Notes under the pieces: model-generated
Database searches by the model: none
What the model saw: the letters and a program-made list of their open reading frames with translations, nothing else
Told to the model about the DNA's origin: nothing
Translations under genes and position numbers: made by a program
Shown: one piece after another, positions 39,105 to 55,019 of the stretch
How the letters are laid out: each line of letters opens with the position of its first letter
Numbering within the stretch: the first letter of the stretch is position 1
NCBI GenBank assembly: GCA_964016885.1
Contig: OZ024764.1
Coordinates: forward strand, 22,258,001-22,322,000
Direction: 5' to 3'
Source: Eledone cirrhosa
Lineage: Eukaryota
DNA length: 64,000 bases

Positions 39105-41503
39105 CAGTGGTACCTTGACTTACAAGTGTCCCAACTAATAAGTTTTTCGAGATACGAGCCCTCTCTCGGCTGATTTTTTGCGTTGAGTTCCAGAGTAAAA
39201 TTCGGGTTACGAGTCAGCTTCAGATGCCCCACCACGAGTTGCCATAGTGACCGCCACAGGCAATACCGTAATACCCGCCCAGCATCCCATGGCTTCGAAG
39301 AAAGTGAGACGAAGGACAGTTCTGAGAAGAAGAAGCAGATGATGTGTATTGAATTAAAGAAAGAAATTATAGAAAAACATGACCAAGGTGTGTGTAGTGG
39401 ACTTGGTGAAGCAGTACGAGCGTAGCACTTCTACGATATGTACCATACTGAAGTAGAAGGACTTGATAAAGGCTATAACCCCAGCTAAGGGTGGTAAAAT
39501 AATTTCTAAACAGCGGACATCTATCCATGAAAATGTGGAAAAGCTGCTGATGGTGTGGTTGAAGGAGAAGCAGCTCGCAAGAGATACTGTGATGAAGATT
39601 ATAATATGTGAGAAGGCACGAGCTATTTACGCTGATTTGCTGCAGCAGATCCCAGGTACTTCTACGGACGAGGCATCGGCAAGCCCTTTAATGCCAGTCG
39701 GGGTTGGTTTGAGAATTTTAAAAAGAGGACCGGCATTCACTCCGTTGTCAGGCATGGTGAGGCAGCGAGCGCGGATATGAAGGCAGCTGAGGATTACCTC
39801 AAAACCTTTATCAGAATTATAGCAGCCAAAGGATACATCCCTCAGCAAGTCTTTAACTGTGATGAAACAGGACTTTTTGGAAGAAGATACCAAAAAGGAC
39901 TTATATAATGGAAGAGGATGCCTGGCCACAAACCCATGAAGGATACGTTAACCCTCGCACTGTGCCAATGCGAGCGGCGAGTGTAAGATTAAGTTGCCGC
40001 TCGTTTATCATTCAGAAAACTCCAGAACCTTTAAGTCACATAAGATTCTGAAAGTAAAATTGCAGGTTATGTGGAGGGCAAACCCGAGGGCATGGGTCAC
40101 CAGGTAGTTCTTTGTGGAGTGGGTGAATTTGGTCTTTGGTCCTGACGTTAAAAAATATCTCCAGGAAAATAACCTACCCCTGTAAACCCTTCTTGTTCTG
40201 GACAATACACCTGCTCATCCATCTAACCTCGAAGAGTTCAAGTTTATAAAGGTTCTCTACCTTCCACCAAACACCACCCCTATCCTACAGACCAAGGACC
40301 AGCAGGTACTTTCTAATTTCAAGAAGCTCTTCACCAAGCACCTGTTCAGTCGCTGCTTTGAAGTGACGGAGAGCACAAACTTCACCCTTGAGAGGTCTGG
40401 AAGGACCATTATAACATCGTGATATGCCTCAGAATTATCGATATGACCTGGCAGGGTCTTACAAAGAGGACCTTGACCTCTACATGGAAGAAGCTGTGGC
40501 CTGAAGTTGTGTCTAAAACAGACTTTGAAAGACTGGAACCCGAAGCGGCAGTGGTGGATGAGATTGTACCCCTCGGTAAGTCCATGGGCCTGGACATGGA
40601 TGAGGGTGACATCGAGTAGCACCCCGAGGAGATGACAACGAAGGAATTAAAGGAGCTACAGACACAGCAAAACACGGAGTTTTTGCAGGAAATAGGTGAC
40701 ACAGAGGAGGTTATCTCAACAAGTGAGATGAAACAAACCTTATTAGACAGGTTTTTATTGAAAATCCCTGCAGATAAAAGTGAGGAAAGCGTGGCGAAAA
40801 GGGCAAAAATCAGCGAATAAGATTGTTATTCAGTTTGTAGCGGTTGTCTCCCTTGATTGGATTAACGTCTGGACGGGAAGTGGGGCCCTTTCTGTAACTT
40901 CCGGTTAGAGCCCTATAAAACTAACAACTTTAAGCTCTCTTTCTCTCATTGCCTTTTCGGCACCAGGTCAAGAGCCTCTCATTTTGGCTCTGCCATTCAT
41001 TTGGCCAACAGGCGTCCTCTGCCAGCCGCGTTTTCCTGGCAATCAAAACGGTAACTACTAACTTTGCTTCATTCTAACATCTATTCCTTTGACATGTCAA
41101 CTATACTATCTACCATTGTTAATTAAATATTATACACACCAAACCATGTATTCCTTGTTACATTCATACAACCCAGTATTCTCGCTATAAGTTCATCCTT
41201 TCTCCTCCGTCAACATCCTCAAGTCGTCTGATCTCCAAGATAGATGCTGTACATTATACTTAATAAAACCAGTTTATTGTAGTACATTCTATTGTATTGT
41301 TTTTTATATACAATATTTGTCATTTATAAGTACATTTTTCTTATTTAAAAACACGTAACAAAACAAACTGTGGTTTTTTGGGGGGTCTGGAACGGATTAA
41401 CGGCATTTTAATTTATTTCAGTGGGGAAAATTGATTTGACATACGAGTAATTTAAGTTACGAGGTCCTCCACGGAACAAATTAAACTCATAAGTCAAGGT
41501 ACA

Positions 41504-41507
<4 letters not shown>
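39105..41507 (+). mobile_element. Tigger copy interrupted by a solo LTR
   Basis: Same TIRs/ORF fragments as 7636-9706. Confidence 0.92.
40836..41189 (+). mobile_element. Solo LTR (354 bp), U3-specific
   Basis: TGTAGCG...CGCTATA termini, 4-bp TSD AGTT, internal CCTATAAAA; empty site CAGTTCATCC in U1/U2. Confidence 0.85.
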
Positions 41508-41534
<27 letters not shown>

Positions 41535-43137
41535 GAAGAAACGATCGACTTTCGTCAAATCGGACCGAGGAAGCAATGTTTCCATTGGTCTTTCCAATTG
41601 CTAGTACTATCGGTCGCAATTCCAGGTAGAAGGAACAACGTAAAATAAAGTGTCTTGCTCAAGGTCATAACGCATCGCCTGGTCCAGGAATCGAACTCAC
41701 AATCTCAAGATATATATATATAAATGAAGAATATAGAAATTATTGTAGCAAAAAGCCAACAGTATTCCATTTCATTTCATTTCATTTGAGTTTGAGTCCA
41801 TGCTCAGGCCAAGTCGAAGACTCCACCCATTATATATATATATATAGTATAAAAGAGAAAACACAGGTAAGCATTAAGAGAAGGATTTTATCCAGGTATT
41901 TACGACCGTTTCATTGGTAAGTGCAACCTTATATTTCTATCCTGCAAATAGCAGCCACTCAATTATAATTGTTGTTCACAGTCCAAATTTTCAAAATAGT
42001 AAGTTACTCTTGAAATAATTCTTAATATATAGAGAAAAACATTTATTTGGAATTGTATTTACTAGTAGAGAGAGAGAGGAATCAGAAGGTGAGGGGACAG
42101 ACGGAATAGTATAGAGAGAGAGGAAGGGGGTAGAGGTAGGAAGTAGAGTGACAAACTGAGATGGAGGGAGGGGTAGAGGTGGCAGGATTCTTTGGTCAGT
42201 TTTGATAGCAGACTTCATGTCGTGGAATGTAGTGAGTTAAAGAGAATTAAATTGATCATTTTTGGAGGGATGGATATATATATATATAGTTAAATATTAG
42301 ACAGGAACAAAAAAACAGAGGCAGTGCAAATGGTAGTTTATACCGAGAGAGGGACAGACAAACACATCTATACCCCTACTACAGTAAAACATAAAACATA
42401 TGTAAGGGGAGACAACTCTCGTTACATCGCCCCCTTCTTTTTGATATACGTCCTTTAAATACTTTGTTCAATGGAATCTGCTTTATTTTGTGTCCTAAGT
42501 AGATTTCTGTTTAAGTATTTACGAGATTCACAATGATTCACGTAACCAAGTTACTTACATAGAGATATATTTCACATAGAATTACAACAAATGAAAATAT
42601 TAAGTCAACACTCTGTCAATCAGTCTCACATCACATGGGGTGCCGGAGTCTCCCTCTAATACTTTCTGAGACAGTCTTACCTCGAGTGATAGCAAGGCTA
42701 AGATGTTGGAACTACCAAACACCCTCATATGTATCACCTGACACCTCGGTAAGGAGAGCTGCCAACGATAACAAGAACCTCGTTGTCAGGGACCTATCTC
42801 CTCCAAACTTCTCCAACACCACAGACTAGAATATTCTACTCTTTATTCCCTATCAAATATATTTCAGTCTAGTCATTTGTCTTGTATTTTGTATATGTAT
42901 TTTCAAAACTAACTGTCACATTTGTCAGGGTACTTAGTTGTTCCGGCAAATTATCCTCCATATGACCCAATCTTACCGAGATACCCGGTGATCTCTGCTA
43001 GGGTACTCGATTGATCCAGCACCCTACTATTTCTACCAACAGGTTATATCGAGGTATCAAGTGATACTCTTTTCAAGTCAATACCTCCTCTGCTGTCCTC
43101 TGTCTTCCAACTGCCCTGTTATTCTACAGACTCACGA

Positions 43138-46100
43138 AAGCTATCTCACCGCTTTTCATAGGCGCCGCTAAATTCCACTGCTGGTCTGTCCTCTTCCACG
43201 TGCGTCCAACTCCTTAACACCAGGAGCTGCCAAAACTCGCGTCCACACCGTTGCTGGTCACCACTAAGAGGGCCATCTGCTGGCCCTCCCGGTCGAGCAC
43301 TCCCCCGCTTCCGACCACCGCATGCCACACCATACCCACAAGCCCCTCCCCCCTGATCTCAAGGATCAATTTCCTCCTCGTCCGTCTACATATGAAAGTC
43401 TGCTGTCCAGGTTGGTGGTTCACGACTTCTTTGCGAGATCCGCAATGTTGGGGCAGCACTTTGGGTTTCCTCTACCTCGGAGTCCGTTGACACAGTGATT
43501 CTACGGACATCCAGGACATGACGTGGAACTCCGTCCATGGACACATTGTTCTGGGAATTTACGGCCGTCACTGTTCCCCTTCCCCATTGAGATGTGCAAC
43601 GTGCATCTGGGGGCTTAACCCAGACTTCCTCGCCCACCTGCACGGGTGCCACCACTCGTATCTGAATACTGCTCTGTGTGGCACCGATTCCTCGACCTGT
43701 CCCACCCGAGGGGACATGTTGTACCAGAACACTGCCTCCATTGGTGAGATATGGCCCCGCTCCGCCATTGCCTTGATCGTCCGGTGGTGTCGCTCCACAA
43801 TTCCATTCCCGCTCGGCATGTGCGCTGCTCTGAAGAAACGGTCCACCCTCCATCCATCGAGCATCTCCCTCAGCGCCTCCGAGCGGAACGCTGCGCCGTT
43901 GTCCATCAGCAGTTCGTCCACAGGGCCCCGCTCCAAGAACACCTCTCTCAACGTCCGCATGATTTCCTCGGCCGTTCCAGTCTTCATCTCCCTCCATATC
44001 GCCTTCCGTCCTGGTCCACAGTCGACCATCGAGAGGTACGTTCCCTGTCGGTAGTGCGTTACATCCACCGCCAATCGTTTCCAGTCGCGATCCACTGGGA
44101 GGCTTCCCGTTTCGTGTACACCCGAGGTGGATCAATGGACTGACATCGGATGCAGCCTCTAACCACCCTTTGAACACTGTGACTGTTAACGTCCGAGTCG
44201 ATTCTCCTGGCTAGGAACAGGCTCCTATCCACTCCCATGTGGTGGATGTCATGCAACCCTTTCAGATCCGACTCGGTCAGCCGACACACGGCAGCTATCT
44301 CATCTTCTACCTCCTCCGGCGCTTCCATCCAGGCTTTCTTCACCCTAGTTAAGATGTCCGCCCTATTTTTCTCTGAGGGCACGAAAACTACGCTCAGCCT
44401 CAGGTCGAATTCGGTGGCCAGCTCTCCTAAAGTTCCCAGGCGGCGCTTTATCAGCATCTCCGCCGCGCCTCTCGTTCGCACTCTCTTCTCACTGGTGAGC
44501 ACTGATCTTACCCACTGGTTCACCCCTCTCAACACCGCGTCCAGCTCGGCCACATTGATGTGGCTGCAGTCGTCCTTCTTTCTAAGCCAGGCTGCATCCT
44601 CGACCTCAACACCTCCTATCTCCAACGTGACACCCAGCGCTATTCTGCTGGTATAGCACCATACGGTCCCGCTCTTTGATTTGGGTACATACAAGCATCT
44701 CCGCACTGGGTCGTCGGCCTTCACCCTCCCCACGATCTCCTGCATCATGGCCACCGTCCTCTCTCCCGCTCGTCTCTTGACATAGCTGCATGCCGTCCGG
44801 AGCCACCCAGCGATCGGGTAGTGACCCACCAGCTTTCCACACACCGAGAAAAGCTCCCGCCTATTCATACTTGGGCCCAGTTCCGGGAACTTCGTTTCCC
44901 CTCTGGAACACCAAGACGCCCGTCCTGTCTCGCCGTAGCCTAAGTCCCAGTGCGGCTCCTCCCTCCAATGCTTCTGATGGCTTCACAGCCAGTCCATACC
45001 TCCGCCGTCGACACCACCGACTCGTCCACTAGGATGTCGTCAATATAGGAGTTAGTAGCCCTCTTTATCTTGTCGGCCCTCCCCAGAGCGGTCTTGAGGA
45101 CCGCCGCCATGATCTTCGGTGCGGAGCTCAGCCCGAAACCGAGCCTGGTCAGGCAATATGTCCGGCCCTTATATCTGACCAGCTGATACTGCCAGAGCTT
45201 CTCATCTATATGCAATTACAAGTATGCCGACTTTAGATCTACGATTGCTGAACCCCCCGTCATGCGTCTCCACTCACGCAGGGTTTCCCCACAGACATCC
45301 GTGACCTCGCCACCCGTGTGGCATGACACGTGCTCGTTCAGCTCCCGATAGTCCAGCAGCGGCCTCACCTTGCTCTTCGTGGGTTGCACCACCGCCATCA
45401 ACGGCAATACTCCTCACTTCACCTCCTCCTTCCAGGGAAGCAGTATGCCCTCCTCAATCCATCTCTCTACCTCTCGCTCGAACTCGCTCCTAATAGTTTC
45501 CCTTCAATGTGTGTTGATAGCAGCCCACTTTGGTCTTCAGTGTTGGTGGTTCTCCCTTCCAGTACCACTCAACAACCCATCGCTGCCCATCAAACACGGC
45601 CTTGAAGTCTTTGTCCTGTCCAGTGTAAGCGGGGTATTTCTCCTCGTGGGCCTTCTGGTACTCATGACGTGCACTCACAGCGCATACCGATGCAGCGGCG
45701 CCAAATGACACACCGACATTGTTCACCGTGACGCCCCCTAGACGGCCAATTGCGTCCATGCCCATAACCACGCTGATCCCATCCACCACACTGTCTACCA
45801 CGATGGCGGAAAGCTTATCCTCATTCCCCGTACCGCTATATCCATCTCGCTGCGATCTCGGCATTCAATTTTCCTGCCGTCGACTGGTCTGACGCTGCTC
45901 TTCCCTCCCCACCTCTGCGCCACCCCTGCGGTCACCAGTGTCGTCATACAGCCCGTATCCACGAGGGCTCGCTGTGGCTTCCACCACGGGCAGCGCCACT
46001 ACTCGTTAGGGGCAACTACCGACGCAGTATTTCCCCTTGGATCGTTTCCCTGGTCGCAGTTGGTAGCGATGTGGCCTGGTCGCTTACACCGGTAGCAAAT

Positions 46101-47214
46101 TATCTCCGGCTTCGACTCTCTACAGTCTCTAGCCATGTGCGGGCCCTGGCACCGAAAACAGCGCCCTCTAAACGCACGCGGACGGCCGCGTGCCGAGGTT
46201 GCCTCCCTTTCATCATTTCGCTACCAGTTTCCTGAGCCTCCGTAGTTGCTATCGCCGCAACACTCTTTTTGGCATCTTCCGCTATGATCCGTGTTCGTCC
46301 AACTCAAGGAAGAGTACCAGCGCGTCGCCCTCGAAGTACAATGCCATGAGGCCGGCCACGTCCTCTATCTTCTGGAAGCTTGCGACCAGCCGAACCTTCC
46401 GCAGCCAAGCGACAACATCACCTTCCCCGGTGAATGCCCTGATAGCTTCGTTCATCCGTAGTCTTGTCGCCATCTTCTGATTTGTCTTGCGGCATGTGTA
46501 TTTTTTTTTTTTTTTTTTTTTTCAGTCGCCGAAATAGCTTTTCACAGGCGCCGCTAAACTCCACTGCAGGTTACTCCTCTTCCACGTGCCTCCAACTGCT
46601 TAACACCGGGAGCTGCCCAAAACTCGCGCCCACACCGTTTGCTGGTCACCACTAGAGAGAGGCCCTCTGCTGGCCCTTCCGGTCGAGCATCCTTCCGGCC
46701 AAACACCTCCGGCCACCCCACGCCACACACTCTTCAGGTCGAGCACTCCCCCGCCTCCGGCCACCCCACGCCACACACCCTTCCGGTCGAGCACTCCCCC
46801 GCCTCCGGCCACCCCACGCCACACACCCTTCCGGTCGACACTCCCCCGCCTCCGGCCACCCCACGCCACACACCCTTCCGGTCGAGCACTCCCCCGCCTC
46901 CGGCCACCCCACGCCACACACCCTTCCGGTCGACACTCCCCCGCCTCCGGCCACCCCACGCCACACACCCTTCCGGTCGAGCACTCCCCCGCCTCCGGCC
47001 ACCCCACGCCACACACCCTTCCGGTCGACACTCCCCCGCCTCCGGCCACCCCACGCCACACACCCTTCCGGTCGACACTCCCCCGCCTCCGGCCACCCCA
47101 CGCCACACACCCTTCCGGTCGAGCACTCCCCCGCCTCCGGCCACCCCACGCCACACACCCTTCCGGTCGAGCACTCCCCCGCCACCGGCCACCCCACGCC
47201 ACACCATACCCACA
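43138..47214 (-). mobile_element. Degenerate Ty3/Gypsy LTR retrotransposon (gag-PR-RT-RH-IN)
   Basis: Gag with two CCHC knuckles (~46060-46160), LVDTGC, LDYRELN/DLKSAY/YIDD, HINVAEL, HH-CC + VDVT/MDNG/NGIVER integrase; PPT at 43341-43355; LTRs ~43138-43340 and ~46537-47214. Confidence 0.93.
46673..47203 (+). repeat. GC-rich 44-46-bp minisatellite inside the 5' LTR, ~11-12 copies
   Basis: Unit CCCTTCCGGTCGA(G)CACTCCCCCGCCTCCGGCCACCCCACGCCACACA; 2 copies in solo LTR, 1 in 3' LTR. Confidence 0.95.
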
Positions 47215-50200
47215 TAATGTTATAGTATCATGATAGGGTAATACAGTTATTTATAGACCTGTGGTAGATGTTGGTTCAGTCCACCCTGGGGGGGGGGGGT
47301 TTAGTGTTGGTTCAGTCCACCCTGGGGAGTGTTAGTATTGGTTCAGTCCACCCTGGGGGTGTTAGTGTTGGTTCAGTCCACCCTGTGGGGTGTTAGTGTT
47401 GGTTCAGTCCACCCTGGGGGGTGTTAGTGTTGGTCAATGATAACCTTTATAATTAGAGGCCTGTTGGTGAGGAAAGCCCATCCTTATTCTAGATACTATG
47501 GTCTCACAGCACCCTCCCCACATGCTAATCTGATCACCTAGGTATCAGAAGCTATCAACCACCTCTGTAGATCCTACCTGCATTTGAAAAATGTGTCTAT
47601 CACTGCGACTTCTACTGTCAAATTTCCCTGTACATCTACTGCATATGTAGTTTTCCCTACCTGTTAGTTTGCCTGCTATCCCACTACATTTCTTGTGTAC
47701 CCAAGATCTGCATTGTGTACATTATAGAATTTATGCCAGTTCCTTTTCTACATATTGAACAAGGCCATTTCCCTGATGGAATGAGAGTTTTGCCCTCTTT
47801 TCTACTTATCAACACTTTAGTCTTAGCTAGGTTCACTCTCAGTCCTCTTGATTCCAACTGCTGTTGCAATAGCCGGAATTTATTCTCTAGCTCCTCTACT
47901 GATTCTGCTATAAGAACCATATCGTCATCATAGAGAAGTTCCCATTGGCAGCCAGTCTTAAACTCTTCTGTTATGACTTAGAGGACTATAATGAACAAGA
48001 GCGGGCTGAGGACCAAATCCTGATGTACTCCTGCATCTGTAATTCCTCACTAAACTCCATGCCTACCCTCACTTTACTGACAGCACCTCTGTACATAGCT
48101 TGCACTGTCCTCACAAACTATTCCTCTACACCTAGTTTCCTTAGGGACCACCAGATGACAGATTGGGGTACTCTATAAAAGGCCTTCTCTAGGTCAACAA
48201 AAACTAAGTATAGTGGTTTATTCTTCTCTAAGAACCTCTCTTGTAGTTGTCTCACTAAGAAGAGGGCATCTGTTTGACCCTTTCTCTAAGTTGCGCTAGT
48301 ATTCTTTCTGTGACTTTGATAACCTGATCCATCAGTTTTATACCCCTATAATTACTCCTATCCAGAACATCCCCTTTACCTTTACCTCAATTTATGAGAA
48401 TAATGCTGCACCAGTCTTTGGGGGTGACACCACCATATATATCTTGATTAATGATGCGTGCAGCCAGTTTAATTCCTACTTCTCCTGATGCCTTAAGCAT
48501 CTCAGCAACTATCCCCAACAGTCCAGCGGACCTACCATTTTTCATTTCCTTAATTGCCTCTTGGACCCTATAGTCGTCAATCTCAATAGCTGGTCCCTCT
48601 GTCGGGTCTACTGAGGGTAGTTTCTCTCCCTTTCATTCTCCACATTCATCAGTCTCTCATAATGACATTTCCAGGCCTCCTTTTTTTTAAAAATCAGTGA
48701 CACTAAGTGCACCAACATCCTGATTTACACTGACACACTGCCTTGCAATGTGGAACACCACACATCTCTGATCTCACCATCGCAGGACATTGGCAAACCT
48801 TCTCCTCTCAGCCTCCCTGCATGTTAAGTAAACCTGACATCTAGCTTCTCTCTTAGCGGCTGTGAATAGGTCTTTACCCCTACCATTTTTCCAAGTCTCT
48901 AATGGCTCTATCTACCGTGCTGTTCCACCAACAGGTCACCCTCTGTCTGGTTGGAGCTCTGCTCCAGCCACAAATTTTTTCAGTAACCTGCAGTAAGTTG
49001 TCACGTAAGAAATTCCAGTTATCATCCATGTCATAGGACTCTAAATCGTCTTCTTTTTCGTCATACACATCTTGAAAGGCTTTTCTAAATTTATATTTTA
49101 GTGAAAGGTCTTTTAAGTTTCCAGACCTTCCTTTTTCACACTTTTTCGTATGTCTCACTTTGTTCTTGCTTACTGACATGTCACTAACGACTAACCCATG
49201 TTGGGGGGTTACATTGTTCCCTGGGGTATGCTTTAGTATTTGACATCATCTATCTGTCTTACTCCCTATCTAGCAAGAAGTCAATCTGTCTCATGTGCTC
49301 ACCTGTTTGGTAGGTTATTAGGTGGTTGGTAGGTTTATTATAACTAGGTCTCTGTCATTGTGGTTATCTCTACTTATTCCTTTTCTACATATGGAGCAGG
49401 GCCACTTTCCTGAAGAGGTCAGGGTCTTCTCTCCTATCCATTACCACTTTAGTTTTGGCTAAGTATATTCTCAGAACTTACCATTTCAAATTCTATATCT
49501 ATAGTTGGTCATCTACATAGAGAAGTTTCCATAGACAGCCAGTCTTAAACCTCTCTGTTATGGCTTGGAGAACTATGATGAACAAGTGGGCTAAGAACTA
49601 AACCATGATGAACTCCTACCTGTACCTTCAATTCCTCACTAGACACTTTACTGACAGCTTCTCACAAGCCATTCTTCTACACCTAATTTCTTTAACCCTT
49701 TAGTATATAAACTGGCCATGTCTGGCCAGAATTCTCTCACATCTTTCTGTTCAAACTGGCCGTAACTGGTCACTTATACTTATGTTAAGGTATTGTTCTC
49801 AAAATAAATAACATGAAAATCTCATAAATTTGATATTATGTGAGATAAAGCATTTACTGTGAAAATATAATAGTAAACATAGAGTAATGTGAATACTAAA
49901 GGGTTAATCTGATGTCACTAATAACTACTTTTATCAGTCAGTATAACATAATGTCACTAATAACTACTTTTATCAGTCAGTTTAATCTACTTCCACTAAT
50001 AACTAACGTATGTTAGTCAGCACATTCTTCACAAAAGAAGGCCTTAGTATTTATTACAGTCCTTTTATCAATATAGAAATATTATATGAAATTTGTACTG
50101 ACGTATTACAAGTTTCTCAGTATCTTATAATGTTCTTTTAATATTTCAGAATACCAGAGGACATTGGCATTAAAGAGCACGTTACATCAGACATATCCTC

Positions 50201-50948
50201 AACATTAACCATTTCTAATGAAAGACACTACCCATCATTTCCAAATAATTTTGAAAACACTCAACACTTTGAAGGGATTTAGTAATATAACTAAATTTCT
50301 CAGTATTAAGCTGCTATTTGGAACATAACTTTGCACAATTTCATGAACTTATGATGGAAAGTTTTTAGATAAATATAAAGACTGGTATGAAAAGGATAAA
50401 ACACTTTTATATCAGTTGTTTCATCAACACCATTATTTAAAGACTAAAGGAAGCTGTTATACAGAACAGATACAACCTTGTTTATATAAATCTATGGGAG
50501 AAATACTGGGAAATATTTCTTGTAAACTCAATAACACTTCTATTCTTTGCTGTCTGGAATATGTAGAAGATACAAAATAAAGCTGAAGAAATTCACAAAT
50601 GATTTTGTAAGATCTTCATATATTGACAAAGTTGATAGTTGATGGAACTACAGGAGTAGAAATATTTCCATTATTACAAGAATAACTAATCAAATAAAAA
50701 CCAGAAAAATTAGATTCTTCACTGTCTGGAATATGTACGAGATGATTTTATACGTATATTAAACTTGAAGAGATCTACAAAACAGTTTGTATCATCTTTA
50801 AATATAAAGAAAGACCAAGTTGATGGAAATATATCTGGAGGAATATGTTTTAGGAATAATATTATAAACATAAAGAAGAAAAATATCCATATATTGACAG
50901 AAGAAAAATATTAAAACTGTGAATTATGTGAGAAACTGAGGTCATTGA

Positions 50949-51998
<1,050 letters not shown>

Positions 51999-54900
51999 CT
52001 GTATCAATATCAAACTCATTACATCATACTACAACAACGACACCAAATATGTAGATCCATCATCCTTGCTAAAACTGGGGTTAACCTTGTAGGTTTTACC
52101 TATGACAGGGATCATAAACACCAGGTTTCCATTTTTGAAGCAGTGTTTGAAGATTTTGTGTAAATTAAAGTTTTTCACATTAAACTTTCATTTATTATAC
52201 TTTAACAGGTAAGATATATATTTGTATTTTTAGTAAAGGTTGGGAACTTCTGTAATTTAAACCTGCCAATAAAATGAAAACTTTTGTTGTTGCTAGTCTG
52301 ACATTGATATTAATTCTATTGTCCTGTACATTGTCTCAAATATCACAGATTAAACAGATTTTAACAATAACAACAGAAATCAATAACTTGTAAGCCTAAT
52401 ATCTAGCTTCCATTTTAACTATTTGATATTGTTGTTCCCCTCCTGCCTCTTCAGGTCTTTTAGATTTCAACTTCTATCTACTGTACTATTCCATCATCAA
52501 GGCAACATTCATCTGGCTGGCAGCTTACATCAACTACAAATCTCATCAGTGGTTCACAACAGGCTGTCTGAAAGAAACTTCCAGATATCTTCTATGTCAT
52601 AGCTATCAATCTCCTCCTCCTTATCATATGTATCATGTAGAACACCTCTGAATTTATATTTAACAGGGAGATCTTTTACTGTCCCAACCCTTTTCTCTAT
52701 GTTGTCTTGTACCTCTCTCACAGTCCCTCTAGATCTTATATTTAACAGGGAGATCTTTTACTAGCCCTACCCTTTTCTCTAGGTTGTCTTGTACCTCTCT
52801 CACAGTCCCTCTAGATCTTATATTTAACAGGGAGATCTTTTACTATCCCTACCCTTTTCTCTAGGTTGTCTTGTATCTCTCTCACAGTCCCTCTAGATCT
52901 TATATTAAACAGGGAGATCTTTTACTGTCTCTACCCTTTTCTCTAGGTTGTCTTGTACCTCTCACAGTCCCTGTAGATCTTATATTTAACAGGGAGATCT
53001 TTTACTGTCCCTACCCTTTTCTGTAGGTTGTCTTGTACCTCTCACAGTCCCGGTAGATCTTATATTTAACAGGGAGATGTTTTACTCTCCACTCCTTCTA
53101 TCTCCAGATAGTCTTGTATCTGTCAGTCCCTCTAGATCTTACACCTAGTATCTAGTCTATGTTGAGTGGTACGTCCTTCTCCACTAAAGGAGTTAATATT
53201 CCCAACCATCTGTCTATCCTGTTTTCTGATGAGAATGAAGTCAATCTAGTTTATCTCTTCACCTGATTGAAGTAACTAGATCAAGTAACTAGATGTTTTC
53301 CTGTAAGTTAGTGTTGCAGTGTTTGTGTCACCATGTAAGGTTTATATCTATTAATATAGAGATGTAGTAAAGTTTTCACTGTTGTATCTCTATTTTCTAA
53401 ATATCTTAATAATGTTTCTCTACTATTTCAGAATATCACATGACCTTGACAGAAAAGAGTCTTTTAAAGACAACAGAAAGATGTTACATACAAGTGATAT
53501 AAACTTGTTTAGTCTGTGGTGAATTATGGTGAAATATTTCTTCTGAATTGAGATAAATAACGACATTTTCCTTTTTCACTGTCTGGAATATTTACAAGAT
53601 GATTTTACATTCTGATTAAACTTTGGATATTTACAAAGGAGTTTTCAAAATATTTGGATATTGACAAAGATCACATTTGATAAAATTATGAACAATAGAA
53701 ATATTTACATCAACATAGGAATATTTTCCAGAAGAGATGGGAAAATCATTATACCACTGTAATATTTGTGGTAAAGTATTCTCTCTTCTTTATATGTAGA
53801 ATATCTAACTAAACACTTTAACTAACAAACTATTGTGCTATAGAATTGACAAACTTGAGGAATGTTTAATAAATGTTACAGATTTCTCCAAACTGTCGTT
53901 TACTAACTTTAATTTGAAGCTATATTATCTATATACTACTAAAACTCTGTGATTGTGTCTTGTCCGCAATTTAATACAGCTAAAACAGTGCATAATGGGG
54001 AAATACTTTGAAAAGAATAAAACAAGTTTTGTATAAAATGGAGCACAGGTTCCCAAGATACGGGGGTTTCTGGGTACCTTCATAAATATAGGGAGAGAAA
54101 GAGATAGTGGTTGTGAGAGTGTGGATTGAAAAGGAGAGATAGAAGGAGATGGATGGAAAGCGGAAGAGAGAGAGAGCTGGTGGTGATGTTTAATAAAATG
54201 TGTGCGTATATATATATATACATATGTGTCTATATATATATATGTCTATATTTTAACTATTTGAAAATTATTTTTAAGTGAACATGATTTAAAAATAATA
54301 GTTTTAAGGGAACGTGACCCAACAGGTCCCGGGTGGTCTAGTTTGTTACTAAATACTAGATATTAGAGGGTCATGTTGTTCTAGATGTGCTGGAAGAGCC
54401 ATTCCATCTCGTGAGGCTCACACCAGCAGCTAGCCACCTCAGCACCTATGGTGGTATATTTATTATATTATTTATTCTTTATCATTAACATTAATATAAA
54501 AGATAATTATATATTTTTAGAGAAGAACCTTTTTGTTGTGACAGCTACAGAACCACTTTACTGTGTAGACTGGGTACTTTTTGTTGTGACACCTACATGA
54601 CCACTTTACAGTTTGCACTGGGTGCTTTTTGTTGTGACACCTACAAGACCACTTTATAGTGTGGACTGGGTTCTTTTTGTTGTCACCTACATGACCACTT
54701 TACAGTGTGGGCTGGGTACTTTTTGTCGTAACATCTACATGACCACCTTATAATGTTGACTGTGTGTTCTTTACAGTGTGGGTTGGGTGCTTTTTGTCAT
54801 ATCTCCTACATGACCACCTCATAATGTTGACTGTGTGTTCTTTGCAGTGTGGGCTGGTTTCTTTTTGTCATATCACCCACATGACCACCTTATAATGTTG

Positions 54901-55019
54901 GCTGTGTGTTCTCTACAGTGTGGGTTGGGTGCTTTTTGTCATATCTCCTACCCAACCACTTTGCAGTGTGGGCAGTGAAATATCAGTAATGCACCAGCTC
55001 CAATATTCAGTAATCAGAA

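Noticed and set aside
44059-44868. DIRS element suggested by HINVAEL RNase H motif
   Set aside because: DDE integrase, protease and direct LTRs with TSD indicate Gypsy; no tyrosine recombinase
46600-47217. Overlapping Gly/Pro-rich ORFs
   Set aside because: GC-rich LTR minisatellite lacking stops by composition
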